A DNA stretch of 64,000 nt from Paraspadella gotoi (taxonomy: Eukaryota; Animalia; Chaetognatha). Made by a program: the position numbers and the translations under genes. The notes under the pieces were generated by a model. The model did no database searches. It had not been told where the DNA came from and saw only the letters and a list, made by a program, of their open reading frames with translations. Positions 24,606 through 43,847 of the stretch are shown here, in pieces. How positions within the stretch are numbered: the stretch's first letter is position 1; each line of letters opens with the position of its first letter. The stretch is from contig CM119265.1 in assembly GCA_051294375.1 (NCBI GenBank), forward strand, positions 15,414,963 to 15,478,962, given 5' to 3'.

Positions 24606-24755
24606 AAGACTCTAGTACCCCACTGCGTACATGAAAGAAAATTTTGCATATAAATTGATAAATGTATAATTTGTATAATGTATATATTTTATTTTGCAAA
24701 GTATTTATTGGCAAACATTGAACAATCAATCAGGTTAATTTTTTTCTTCATGAAG

Positions 24756-25913
24756 TTAGGAATCTAAAAGTTTCGTCAAATATGATATATAAGCAGAAGC
24801 GAGATGAAGAATTCTTATTTTGGGAACCTATAATTATAAATTAGTTATATTATATAGTTATTTCGTAAATTTATGGCTTTTTTATTGGTTACCTTTGTAT
24901 CTGGGGGTATGTCCGGAAGACACCGTCGAAGAGCGTCAAATGCCGCATTCATGTAAGCGGTCCGGCGTCTTTCTTTGTGGTTGCTCACTATTTCTATATC
25001 CGAAACTACTGATCCAAGATTTTTTGTCGTCATCCTTACAGAATTTTTTTCTGGCATAACCTTTCTCGTTAAGCTTTCCTCCATCTTTTTTTCTGTTGGT
25101 GAATTAAATTTAAGTTTTAGAAATCCATGATTGTTCACCGTTCTTTTTATAGAAGGAAAAAGAAATTCGAAATATTCCATTTCTGAAATAATAAAAACCT
25201 GAAAGGTTGTCAGGATAAAAACTTAGGTTAAGTGGGAAAATTTTTTCAAACTCAAGTTTTTTATTATTGCAGTTGAAGCTGGGAAGTTATTTTTTGATAA
25301 AAGTTGATAACTTTTATGCTAATTTTAAAAAATATAAATTTAATTCAAACATTTATATGTTTAACGATATCAGTAAACCAAGAATTTTTTTTACCAAAAT
25401 TATCAAATTGTATCAAAAATTAACCTCCCCAACTTCAACTGCAATTTCAAAAAAAAATTTTGTTACTTCGCTTAAGCTTTTGTCCTGACAGCACCTTTTC
25501 AGGTTTTTATCATTCCAAAAATGGTACATATATTTCGATTTTATTTTTCCTCCTATAAAAAGTACCGTGTGTTGTTTTCATGGTTTTAAGTTTTTATTTC
25601 ATAAAGTCTAAATTAATATTTAATCTGATTTACCTTCTTCCCGACGCTGATTCGCTTCGGCGACAAATCCTGAAGATATCCAGTAATGACTAGAATCTAA
25701 CGCGGGTGCAGCGGTAAAGTCGTCCACGGCGGCGGGAAACTCATCTGTCCTTTGGGTCGCCCACATGTCGAAAGTCTCGTCGTAGTCGAGAGGCAGTAGC
25801 GTGCCCTCGTTGGCCGGTTCCAAACGCAATTCCCTAGCTTCGTGTTCCCGAAGAAATTCAGATTGTTCTATTAGCGATTCCTCGCTAGTTTGACGGCGGA
25901 AAAGCGCGCACAT
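24756..25913 (-). CDS. HAND-like (Twist-superfamily) bHLH transcription factor, divergent
   Basis: Phase-compatible exons 25913(?)-25634, 25092-24893 and 24827-24756. The bHLH reads SNHKERRRTAYMNAAFDALRRCLPDIPPDTK|VPKIRILHLASAYISYLTKLL, versus HAND-type [41 protein letters not shown]. The start codon is uncertain. Confidence 0.75.
25136..25569. mobile_element. Degenerate fold-back MITE in the bHLH intron
   Basis: CACCGTTCTTTTTATAG..AAAAACCTGAAAGG.TGTCAGGA.AAAA is mirrored by TTTTGTCCTGACAGCACCTTTTCAGGTTTTT..CTATAAAAAGTACCGTG. Confidence 0.65.
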
Positions 25914-26783
25914 TGTGGTTTAATCGGAAGTCGTCTTCCCGAAGAATGGTATTGTCGTTTGAGCTTCTTCTTTACGTGTCTCCCTTTTAACTCCATCTCC
26001 TCGAACGTAAATGTCACGCATCGGCTGCGACGCGTTTTGCTTCCGTTCGTCGCGGGACGTTTAGTGCCGCGTCTGCTTCGTTTTTTTTCTTCTGCCAGAG
26101 TTTCGATCATAATTTTCAAGGTATTGATAATTGAGGCTATTAGTATTAGCGTCACTATTATGAAAGGGTTCGGTTATAATACGAATGATATCATCTCTTA
26201 TTTTTTTAGAGGTTGACTGTAAACCAAAATGGCTAAAAATAAAAAATACAGTAATGATCAGAACCGTTTGCTCTTTAGTACTGTTCAAAAATACCAATCT
26301 TAATAGCATTGCATAAAATTATGCAATATGCATACTATGCGTACGTTTTCAGTTATAAAGCTTTCATGAATCTTTCCGACGTTTTTATTGCAGCGCTTAA
26401 CCTGAGAATTTAATTTTTCAACTGCTCTTTGAAGCGACGTGAAGAGCCTTAACGTTCAATCATGCGAAAGAAATAAAATCCTAATTGAAACAGACACTCT
26501 TCGACTTCATTCCAAAGAGACTTCCTATCATTTTCAAAGTCTATGATAAAAGTACGATAAAAACTTTATGATATCCATGTGTATTTATTTTTGTTTCACA
26601 GAGCCCTTGATGGTAACATTCGGGTGGGACACTTTAATTGGCGAAGGACTCTCGATCAGAGTACTCGCTTTCTGAGTGGAGAGATTTGAGCACGTGACTC
26701 TTTTCTATCTGCCACATCACCCTGCTTTGGGCTGTTTTATTTCGTTAACTTTCTCAACTCGTACCGTATCCTTGGTCAAAAAT

Positions 26784-27086
26784 ATGGCGGACGATTTGGA
26801 AGAATATGACATGGAGCAGGAGAAGTATATGCCCGGAAAAGGTAAGTTCTATTTATTTTATTTATTTTCTATTTTCCTTGATTGAATTTAAATCGTTTTC
26901 TTTTATGACGCAGGAGGCAAGGGACGTTCAAAGTTAGAAACGTCGCAACACACAAACCATCACGACACCAGCGGTCAAACGCGGAAGATTGTGACAAAAA
27001 TGCAAAACACGGAAAAGAACCGGATCGCTTCTGGAGGCGAAAAGTGGCCCGAAAAAAGGAAGTCTCAGTCCGAGAGTGACGAGTAA
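26784..27086 (+). CDS. NUPR1: Nuclear protein 1 / p8 family stress-response protein
   Basis: Exons 26784-26841 and 26914-27086 give MADDLEEYDMEQEKYMPGKGGKGRSKLETSQHTNHHDTSGQTRKIVTKMQNTEKNR..*. This matches the p8 signature GKGRTKxE..xTN....GHxRKLVTKLQNSE. Confidence 0.85.
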
Positions 27087-27886
27087 ATCGGATGGAACAA
27101 TTAGCCTAACGCGCGGCTCATTCCCCTCCTACCATTTTGCTAATTTTGGCGGTTCACTAGAACTAGCAGACGATGCTAAGCCATGTGCTTAAGTCATATT
27201 TAAAATATATTGTTTAATGATTTCCTCTTTTTCTTAGTTTCAAAGAGTTATTTAAAACATCAACGTTGTTATTTGCTTGTTGTCAATAGGTCGTTTGGGA
27301 GAATGAGTTCATTTCCTGAGGCGCAACCTTGCGCAGGAGAAGCGAGGTAGTATACTTCATGGAACGTTTTACAGCGACTAGTTGTAAATAATTTAGTGAA
27401 CGTTTTTCATTTAGTTGTGTAGTTAGTTCCTCGGAATATCCGCCTGTTGCGAATACGAACGAGGCAGGAGACTATATTTGCGAAAGCGGTAAGGATCTTG
27501 GTTTAATGTTTGGAATGTTTTAAAAATTGTCTAGGGTGGTCATTCCGATTTCCTTCGCTTTTTATGATGAAAAGAAAAGAACGCGAATCTTGACGCGTCT
27601 AAAAGAGACAACAGGTGGCTTTAGAATCCACATTATCTGACCGAACCGAACATCTATCCTTGTTATTGGTTAATTTTAAGGGTTTTTTTAGTGACTCAGC
27701 TTTCGTTGAGAAAATAACGGATGATCGTACGTCTGAAATCGGAAATTTAGGAAGCAAATGCGGTACAAAAATGATTACAAGATCTTATGTAGTTCGTGTA
27801 ATTAAATTTTAAACGCCCTCTGAGGCTACCATTTTTCTTTCCATCCTTTTCTATGATATGGAATACAAAAAGATTATCAAGCAAGC

Positions 27887-28681
27887 TTGCTTGATGAAAA
27901 GGAATTAACCCAAGAAAAGTTAATCGGAGCCCTTACAGAATTTCTATCGCCTAGCGGTTACAAAGGCTTCGGCATAAAGGATTTCTTGGTACCTCGAAAG
28001 GATAAAATAAAGAGCCCTAACGGTGCGCCTCCCCCTTCCCCAAAAAACTCTGAATGCGTCAAGACTTCCGACGGAGTCCCTGACGACCATTCTTCGTTGT
28101 TTGCGGCCGTCGGCGACATTTGCCCCCAAATCCCTATTACGACATCAGATTCGAAAGAATCGTTTTCCGCTCCGAGTTTCACCGATTCTGACGAGAATAG
28201 CGGGGATTCCGAAGAAACCGAAACCGAGGATTACGAAGACGCGGACGAGAAGTCTTGGGAGTGGTGCTCGCCCGGGCATTGCTCGAGCGTGTACGAGGAT
28301 GATAATAGGGACAGCACTAGAGCCGAACAGGCCCGTGACTATTTGAAAGGAATTGAGGAAGAGTTTGATCAAATGACAAGATTGATTCCGCCAGAGATTG
28401 CGAACGATGTCAGCGAGGCTCAAACAGAAAAGCCGGTCAAGGAAGGTAATACCTGGCAGAGTCTGCGTACTGGATTAACTGGCGTGAAACAAACGTGGAG
28501 TCAGGCAATGAAGTCACCTCGCTTCAATATTCCTCGCGTTTTTAATAAAAGCGACCAACCTACACGTTTTTCTTCTTTGGTTGATTATCTGGAACCCATG
28601 TGCGATCCCAAGATTCTTTTCAAACATCATCGTGTTCCCCTCATTCCAGAGACGAAACAAAATAGCAGTGGGGAGGAATAG
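27887..28681 (+). CDS. Uncharacterised acidic/Ser-rich protein (probably the last exon; small upstream exons at ~27290-27762 unresolved)
   Basis: 264-codon open frame with coding-like GC content in an AT-rich context. The start is TTG rather than ATG, and candidate splice sites lie upstream. No recognisable domain. Confidence 0.55.
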   Translation: MLDEKELTQEKLIGALTEFLSPSGYKGFGIKDFLVPRKDKIKSPNGAPPPSPKNSECVKTSDGVPDDHSSLFAAVGDICPQIPITTSDSKESFSAPSFTDSDENSGDSEETETEDYEDADEKSWEWCSPGHCSSVYEDDNRDSTRAEQARDYLKGIEEEFDQMTRLIPPEIANDVSEAQTEKPVKEGNTWQSLRTGLTGVKQTWSQAMKSPRFNIPRVFNKSDQPTRFSSLVDYLEPMCDPKILFKHHRVPLIPETKQNSSGEE

Positions 28682-29035
28682 AACATGTAATGTTAATGAA
28701 CGGCCCCGATGAATCTGCAAATTACTAAGTCGCTATATTTTGAAATTTGACTGTAATTTTAGTAATGATATTCAATTTTTTTCATTTTTTGGGTTTTTTT
28801 TTAATTTTTTTTGTTTTGCGAAATATTGGCATTTCCAAGTGTTGCTCAATAACGGGTTGCGAATCCTTCGATCACGTGACGGTAAATTGTCCAATGAGAA
28901 CTTTAGAAACCTAATAAACACGACGTTCTGACTCGCATGGGGACTATCCTGATTGAGATTACTCAAATTCAATTTAATTGAGCCGAACATTTTCAGCCAT
29001 ATAAAATTAAACGAAATCTTCGAACGAAAATAGTC

Positions 29036-36348
<7,313 letters not shown>

Positions 36349-36380
36349 ATCGCCTTGCTTTTAAATAGTAAACCAATAGA

Positions 36381-38287
36381 ACACGGATTTCAAATGGGAG
36401 TGAAATGTAAAGATTTGTTATTATTCTTAACTGACTCAATATGATTGATATTTGATCATCTTATTAGTTGCAAAATTCCCTAACGTTTATGTTTTTATAA
36501 AGCAAATTGATAATACTTTACTTAATAATAACTGGTGCACTTGCCTTCCCGAAGCTTTTTTTCTCCCCTCTTAATTGACAATTCAATTTTAAACTCATTG
36601 TGAATAAAATTTAGCCAAATATTTTAATTTATTTTACATTCATTAGTTAGTTTCTATAAGTTTTAACTAGAAAAACTACAAATTGAAAAGGGCTGTCATT
36701 GTGGCCGTGAAAAATTTATTGACATTCTGATTGCTTAGACACATACACCAATGTCTATATCTGTAAGATGAACCAAAATTTTTCATCATTTCAGTTTTTT
36801 TCTTAAAAATATATCTTATAACAGGAAGACCATATGACACAATGAAAAATAACGTGGCGAAACGGACTCTTGCTGATTTTTTCTCTTTAAAGTTGTTTCT
36901 GAGCCAAATTAATTGGTTGTTATTTTCAGACCGAGACCAAGATGAATATTTTTTTCCCATCATTTCATAAATTTGTTTGAATTATTAGTTTGTAATTAGT
37001 CAATCAATCTAAAAAACAATATGACAAATTCGTTTTCAATTTTTTTTACGAATCGGAAGTTTTTTCTGTTTATTCCCTTTGTGTCCAATTATTTAATATT
37101 TTTATATTTTATTTAGTATTTTTAAAAACCTTATATAAATACTATTTTTTCAAACAAAAACATCATCATAAATACATTTTAAATTATTTGACTGATTTGA
37201 GAAAAAAATATTTTGAATCTTGAAGACAATGGATTTCGAGTTAGGAAAACAATTTTTTTAATTTAAAAAAAAAATCAGCCTTTATATAATCATAATTTAT
37301 TTATTTTTTTTTATTTTTTTTTTTTACATATTTTCATTTTTTATGCAAAACCATTTTCTACAATTAGAATGGGTAAGACAAACTTTTTAGTCAGATTTGC
37401 TTAAGCAGAACTGACTCTTTGTCTGTTCATTGATACCAACTTTAGTTTGGTCACTCAGTCACTTAAAACATCTTAAAATATTATATTATAAAAATATTTT
37501 TTAAAATTATCTGCCTATCAATCTTTCTTTTGTTATTCGTTATTGGATTGACGTATTATGTAAAAGTAATATAAATAATATTTTTTTATTTTTATTTTAT
37601 ATGGATTTTGTATAAAATCTAAAACTACTACAATCATACTGATCATAACTACCATAATAATAATAACAATAATCATACTAACAAAAATATTTCTTATAAT
37701 GGTAACAATAACAGTAATAAAAACAGCTTTTATTTACAATACCCGAAAAAATATATAAAATATGTTTATTAAAATTATGCAGTATTAAATAATTAAATAA
37801 ATGATATTAAAAAAATAATATGAAAAATACAAGTAAAGGCTCTGATACAATTTTTATTAATTTTACTATAATATATTGATAATTATAAATAAGTTTTTAT
37901 AAAAAAAATTTTAATTTACTTCATAATTATTCAATAGTCATATCTAAAAAAAGATTTTGCATTGATATTTTTAATATAACATATAAAAATATAATGTTTT
38001 AAAAAATCTAAACGAAATATCATAATATTAAACAGTGAATTTTTTTACGCTTGGACAGTTACGCTACGCTATTTTTGATTGTCATATTCAAATGCAAAAA
38101 TTTCCTTCTTTGAAATTCGACCATGCCATTGATAAGCACATAACTAATAAGCAAGATGGACTAATAGGAGTTGGAAAATAAAAGTCAGCGATTTTTTTAC
38201 CAGGGTGCAAAAATCTGAATTGCTATAACAAATAATTTGGCCACAGTGTTTTGATCTTTACATTTCATTCCCATTTGAAATTCATGT
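36381..38287. mobile_element. Non-autonomous DNA transposon with about 35-bp TIRs, 33 bp downstream of the ABCF1 stop; related fragment at ~31655-31969
   Basis: ACACGGATTTCAAATGGGAGTGAAATGTAAAGAT at 36381 versus ATCTTTACATTTCATTCCCATTTGAAATTCATGT ending at 38287. Internal blocks are shared with 31655-31969. Confidence 0.75.
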
Positions 38288-38931
38288 ATACCATTTCCAG
38301 TTTCGTTCCTCTAATTTTCATTAAGACTACACTTATATTACATTCGTTTTTGCTTGATCAAAGAGGAAAGAATGTTTTTGCGTTGTTTGCTTAAATTTTA
38401 GAATGATTACAACAATCACCTTGGCTTTCGGAATTTTTACACAGATCAATATTCAACCTATGCTGCGATATTATTTACAGGAGAATTAATAATCAAAGAA
38501 ACTTAATCTAGTAGATTGTTTAATGTATAGGTGTTGACTTGAATTTAGTAGAACTAATATAATGAAATATAAAAATCCTTTCATAAGGAACCATATTACT
38601 TCCTAACAGATAACGCGCCAAACCTTGCAAGCTTTCTCTAGGCTCTCAGTTCGTTATTAATTTAGCTTTCTAATGAAATACATATTGTTTTTGACTGCGG
38701 AGGGTTTTTTGTTCTTACTGATCTAAGGAAGCTGCGTGTAAATGTTTATCAAATATCAATTATGAATTCATATCATTTTGTACTTACTTCATCATTGGCG
38801 GGCGAGCAACACGATTGTATTATCTCAAGATAATAAAAAAGATAAAAGATAGATTTAGCATTGCTGTTATAAAAAGTTCATGATTTTAATTATTGTTTAT
38901 TCAAATTTCTATTCAAATTATTGATCGCTAA

Positions 38932-40787
38932 ATTTTACTTCGCGACCGCGGCTTTTGGCGGATTTTGGAAAGTCATTTAAGATATGTTAGTGTGTGTTAA
39001 AAAGAATTTAAAAAAAATATTACTTAATTACTCTGACTCCTAAACGCCTATTAAACCTAACAATAACCACCCCTAACCTTAAACCACCCTAACCCTTAAC
39101 CTTTAACCCGGTTGCGAAAAGTAAAAGTAACCCTATTATCTATTATTATGGGGTGGTAGTAGAGATGCGCTATACCAGTGAATATATGTATGTGATTGTA
39201 TAGGAGTGTTAGAAGAAGTGAGTAGTGGTGATATTTATATATATATCTATAAAACGTTCATAAGACATTGTTTTTTTGTTTTTATTGTGAGCTTTATGGT
39301 ATGACTGTGCCCTCTTTCAAATTTGTGTCCAATCTTTTCTTTCTCTGCAAGAATTAAGAGCCGAGTCAGAGGTTTCATTGCTCTCCTCTTCCTTACTCAT
39401 CTAAGTCGACTGCACCGCTCAAGCAGAGTCGATGACATAGCAGATTTTACCACAGTGATGAATGGACACTCAATCATTATTTCTTCTACGATTTCCTTGG
39501 GATTTTAAAAATTTGCGGTGAGTTATTTAATTTTTGTTATAAATTGCTTTAATAAGAAAAAAATAAGTATCATTTTTAATCCTGAATTTAAAATACATAT
39601 TTATTTGATTGGCTCAAAACAACGATTCCAAAACTGGCATATTTTTACTTTCGCCGACCGGGGTTGGGGGGTTTAGGGTTAAGGGCGGTTTAGGAGTGGT
39701 TTTGGTTAGGGTTAGTTCGGGTTAAGAGGATTTTGGGTTAAGTTAATTGGTAATAACTTATTTTTAAAAATTTTTAAAAAATATTTTTTGTGGTTTTTAA
39801 AAAGACACCCAACCCTGGTCGGCGAAAGAAAAATTTAACCCAAAAACTTTTATAACAATCAACTTTAACATTAAATATCAATCCTACTTTTAGTAAGTAA
39901 ATAGTTTTTAATTAAACTGTTTTTATGTCTTGAGGTCTTAAGTTTTCTATCATAGCACCCTTAATCCTAAACCCGGTCGGTAAAGTAAAATTAACCTGCT
40001 TATGCTAAGTAAAAAAATTGGGGGATCGCTTTTTGCCGCCTCAAGTTTTACGGTATCAGGCCACAACTTTATTACTTTTGTCTCTAAGAATATTTAATAC
40101 AAAGTAGACTGCTGTACTATTCAGTATTCACGGCTCTCTCGTGAAGGCTTTATTTTCTGGAGAATTGATAAATAAGCAATATATAGGACGTCTTAATCTT
40201 CAGCCCGCTATTTTTTACTTCCATTTATCTCCCTCTCTCCCAGTCCCTTTATCAGGGTCACGTGAGGGACGCATTAAAGGATTGTGACCATTTGGGGAAA
40301 GAATGTGTCCTCTGTATGTCCTGGTTCCTAGAACCAGTCCGAACGGTTTTTGCATAACGATTTCAGGTCTACTGTCCAATCCTAAGCTCCATAATACAAA
40401 ACAACTGACGGAACAATCTTCCGGACCCATCGGGAACACTCGGTGTGGGGCAAGTCACACTCTGAGAGGGGGCTTTCCTGGGTCATTTCCTAAAATATGT
40501 GCGTTCTCCTGGACATAACTATAATTTATATACCTCTGGAATCATGTGAACGATAGTCATTTAAAGTAAAAATTTTATTTTATTAATATTATTGTAACAT
40601 AATTTTACTTTCACCGACGGGGGTTAGGGTGGTCTAGGGGTAGTTTAGGTTTAGGCGTGATTAGGGTTAAAAGGATTTAGGTTAGGGTAGTTAAGTAATA
40701 ATTTTTCTGAATTTTTTAAAAATAAGTATTTTTAAATATTTTTAAAAGAACAAAACCAAAACCAAAACGCGAAAGTAAAATTTTACC
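38932..40787. repeat. Cluster of four short TIR elements with degenerate (TTAGGG)-like interiors
   Basis: Copies at ~38932-39132 (C-rich), 39642-39840, 39957-39996 (partial) and 40602-40787. Ends are TTTTACTTTCGCCGACC / GGTCGGCGAAAGTAAAA, with GGGTTAGGG-like interiors. Confidence 0.7.
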
Positions 40788-43700
40788 ATTATTATTATTA
40801 TTATGAAAATTGCAAAATAACTTGTTTTACTATTTTAAGCATTAGATTTTATAATATTTATTTAAAATATGTATTACAAATTCTAAATGTTATTATTATT
40901 TTTCAATTAATTTTGATTTTTGATAATTTAAATCTGAAAATATTATATTATTAATGGGAGAAGGTTGTTAGTGTTGTCTTTTGGAAATAGAGGGAGCATC
41001 TATACTACACAAGGTTATATTACTTCCTGTCCTAATTTTCTAAAAATTTTATTTTATAAAATCTTAAATCTAAAATATAAAAAAAATATAGAAAGAAAAA
41101 GTGGAATATTATTCTAATTTTTTTTTTCTTTCTTTTTCTCATTATTTTTCGTGTAAAACACTTTGCGAATCCACAGGCCGCCAGTCGCTTTATCCAAAGA
41201 TATTGAATTTTTTTTTCTTTTTCTCTTATTCTTTCTGTATTTGACCGGTTATATATTTTATATATATTATATATATATATTTATCTCTTTCATATAAACT
41301 ACATGATCATTGTTTACTTGATTGATAATATTTTCTGTAAAATTCACTCTTGTATATCGCTAATTTTGCCCCTGTTATCTTTCAAAATAAAACTCTTTTC
41401 AAACGCTTATTTTTTATGGTTAGTTTTTCATGAACCATAATGATAATTATAAATGATTGATTGATCAATAGTTTTTTCTATTATTTATTTATTTATTCAT
41501 TTTTTTAATAATTTTTGTTTATTAAGTTTTTTCTATTTTTTTATTAAAATTATTTATAACCATTAACGGCTAACGCAATTCTAATTTGGATGCTGATGTC
41601 ATTCTCTGCAACCAGGCTGCTGTCATCTTTTTTCCATCCATGACTTTTTGTAACTGATTGACAAATTTTTTATTAGTCTATATCATGGTTCAGCAGTTAA
41701 TTGATTAAACAATTGTTTTTAGTTGTTTAGGTATTTCATTGAATTCTTTCCTCAACAGTGAAAACTACTACCTGATAGCTTTTTCAAATTTTTATTTATC
41801 TTTTTCCATTTGGGGGGAAAAAAAAACTCACGGCCTTTATTATAGCTCAGAATCTTTAGGTATATATTAGAGGCTGGTGCGCCTAGCAAGAGAGAATTTT
41901 TTTTTCTCCCTCGAAGAAGCTCTCGCATCGAGGCTTGGCTCCTCCGCACGAAGAGGCAGCTGGGGCCCGTCTCGTAGGAAGAATCGCGAAATTTTCCTTT
42001 CTCATTGGCCCTTGGCGTGGCTGCCTCGTCGGGGTCGCCGAATCATTGGTCGCCTCTATTTATGATAACATTAAATGGGTGATCACATGCGCAGGACTCC
42101 TCAATTTTTTTTTTCCTGCTGTTCTTTACTGGTCTGGAGTTATAGCATCGAGAAACTAAGGACCGGATTTACGTGCTTGGGACCTTTCCTTGTCCGGTGT
42201 GGATTTTGCTTGTCTCGATTTTCTTGAACGAAATCAATTTGGAAAAGCGTTTTGTTTCCGCATTTTTTGAGCTTTTTTTTCTTCAAATATTTCGGTTCTC
42301 AATCATTAAACATTCCGATGTTATTATTATTGTTAATATTTTATTACTTTTATTATTATTATTATTATTATTATATGACTGAGTTAAAAAATTTAATTTG
42401 AGTTTTTGGACGATGTAGTTTTAAGAAAAAAAATCTTTAATTTTTTATTTTCCCAATATTTTTTTCTCATATGTACATATTTTTAAGTTATACACGATCC
42501 ATAGAAGTCCAAATTGATTTATTTTAGATCTAGTAGTCAATCAGGTGATGTAGGTGTAGAACGTAAACCAATTATGAAACTCGCAAGATATTTTTTATTG
42601 GTTATAGGAATTAACCTTTTGACCCAATTATACGTGACAATTTGATTCGTTTCATTTTCTCTCATTTTTTAAGAAACTACGAAGAACCATTTTTATTGCG
42701 ACCTATCTGTTAAACGAATTAAATGACGCTTCTCATCTGTTTTTAGAGCCGAATTACGCAAATGTCGTTGTTTCATCACATGCTCTTTTTGCGCTTTACT
42801 CCCCACTCTGACTGAAACTCTCTTTTTTTTAATCAGAGGCTTTGCTCTGATTCGTCTTCGTCGTGGCCGTGAATCGAGTTTTCGAAGTTGCTTCGAAGAT
42901 CGCAACCCGAAGCCTCTGGATTTTTCGAAGAGACGAAACGTTCAATCGACCCAACAGCTCCGTGAAACCGCTTGTGATATTTGTTCTGAGCTTTAATAAA
43001 TAAATATAAACTTATTGAACATCCGTCTTCGAATTGATACAGCCTTGCATTATTTTACTTTGTTATTTTAGTAAAATTAAATGAGTGAAATATCCTAAAA
43101 TGAAAAATGCTCTCCTCTGGCCTAGATTACACTTTTTTAATTTATCATTCTTCTTCCTTTCTGGCCGTCTCTTTTTCTTTGGTTTGAAGCTATCACTCTT
43201 GCCGTTCGGCTTCGAATTACGTTGCCAGCCGTTCAAATTCAGTCCACATTCAGCCACGCTCCCAGAACACTGGATTTTGATTGCTTTTTCTCAGTCTGTT
43301 TTTCTTCTACCTTTGTTTTTCCCGTTCTCTGACTCGAAAAATGGTCAATTAACCGCATTATTATTTTTACTTCAACTATTCCCTTTCAAACATTACTTTA
43401 TTGTGGGAGGTTTTTATAATCTAGTTAAGGAAAAATTTTTTTTAAAGAGAGACCTTCCACTGAGTCGATTTTCTTTAGCAAAATCTTTATATTTAATTTT
43501 AATCACGATGTTTTTTTTTTTTGTTTTTTTTCAGATCGCTTATTCGACGTGTTCCGTATTGAATGCTCCCCGTGCATCTATAACTCTTCGAGACTGTCTC
43601 CCCATCGCGAGACTCGCTAAATTCTCGACACCTCCTCACAGAAAACCGCTTCTTTCCTGGGGGGCTTAACGATTATTTTTTCTCTTCTGATTTAAGTTTT

Positions 43701-43847
43701 TCTATTGTGTATACATAACATATATTTGGATCGGGCAAAGCTGCGACACCTGCACAACGAAATTGTTGGAAATAAAAAGACAAATCAGCGCCACGACAGT
43801 CTACATTTGACTTCCCTATAAAAGTTTATTTGCATCTAAATCCTAAC

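Noticed and set aside
27290-27890. In-frame TGA codons in tentative upstream exons (possible selenoprotein)
   Set aside because: The exon assembly is ambiguous, no known selenoprotein motif is present, and I could not identify a SECIS element.
43085-43669. 194-aa Phe/Leu-rich ORF
   Set aside because: Its composition reflects T-rich intron/5' UTR sequence of the ZFAND gene, and no domain is evident.
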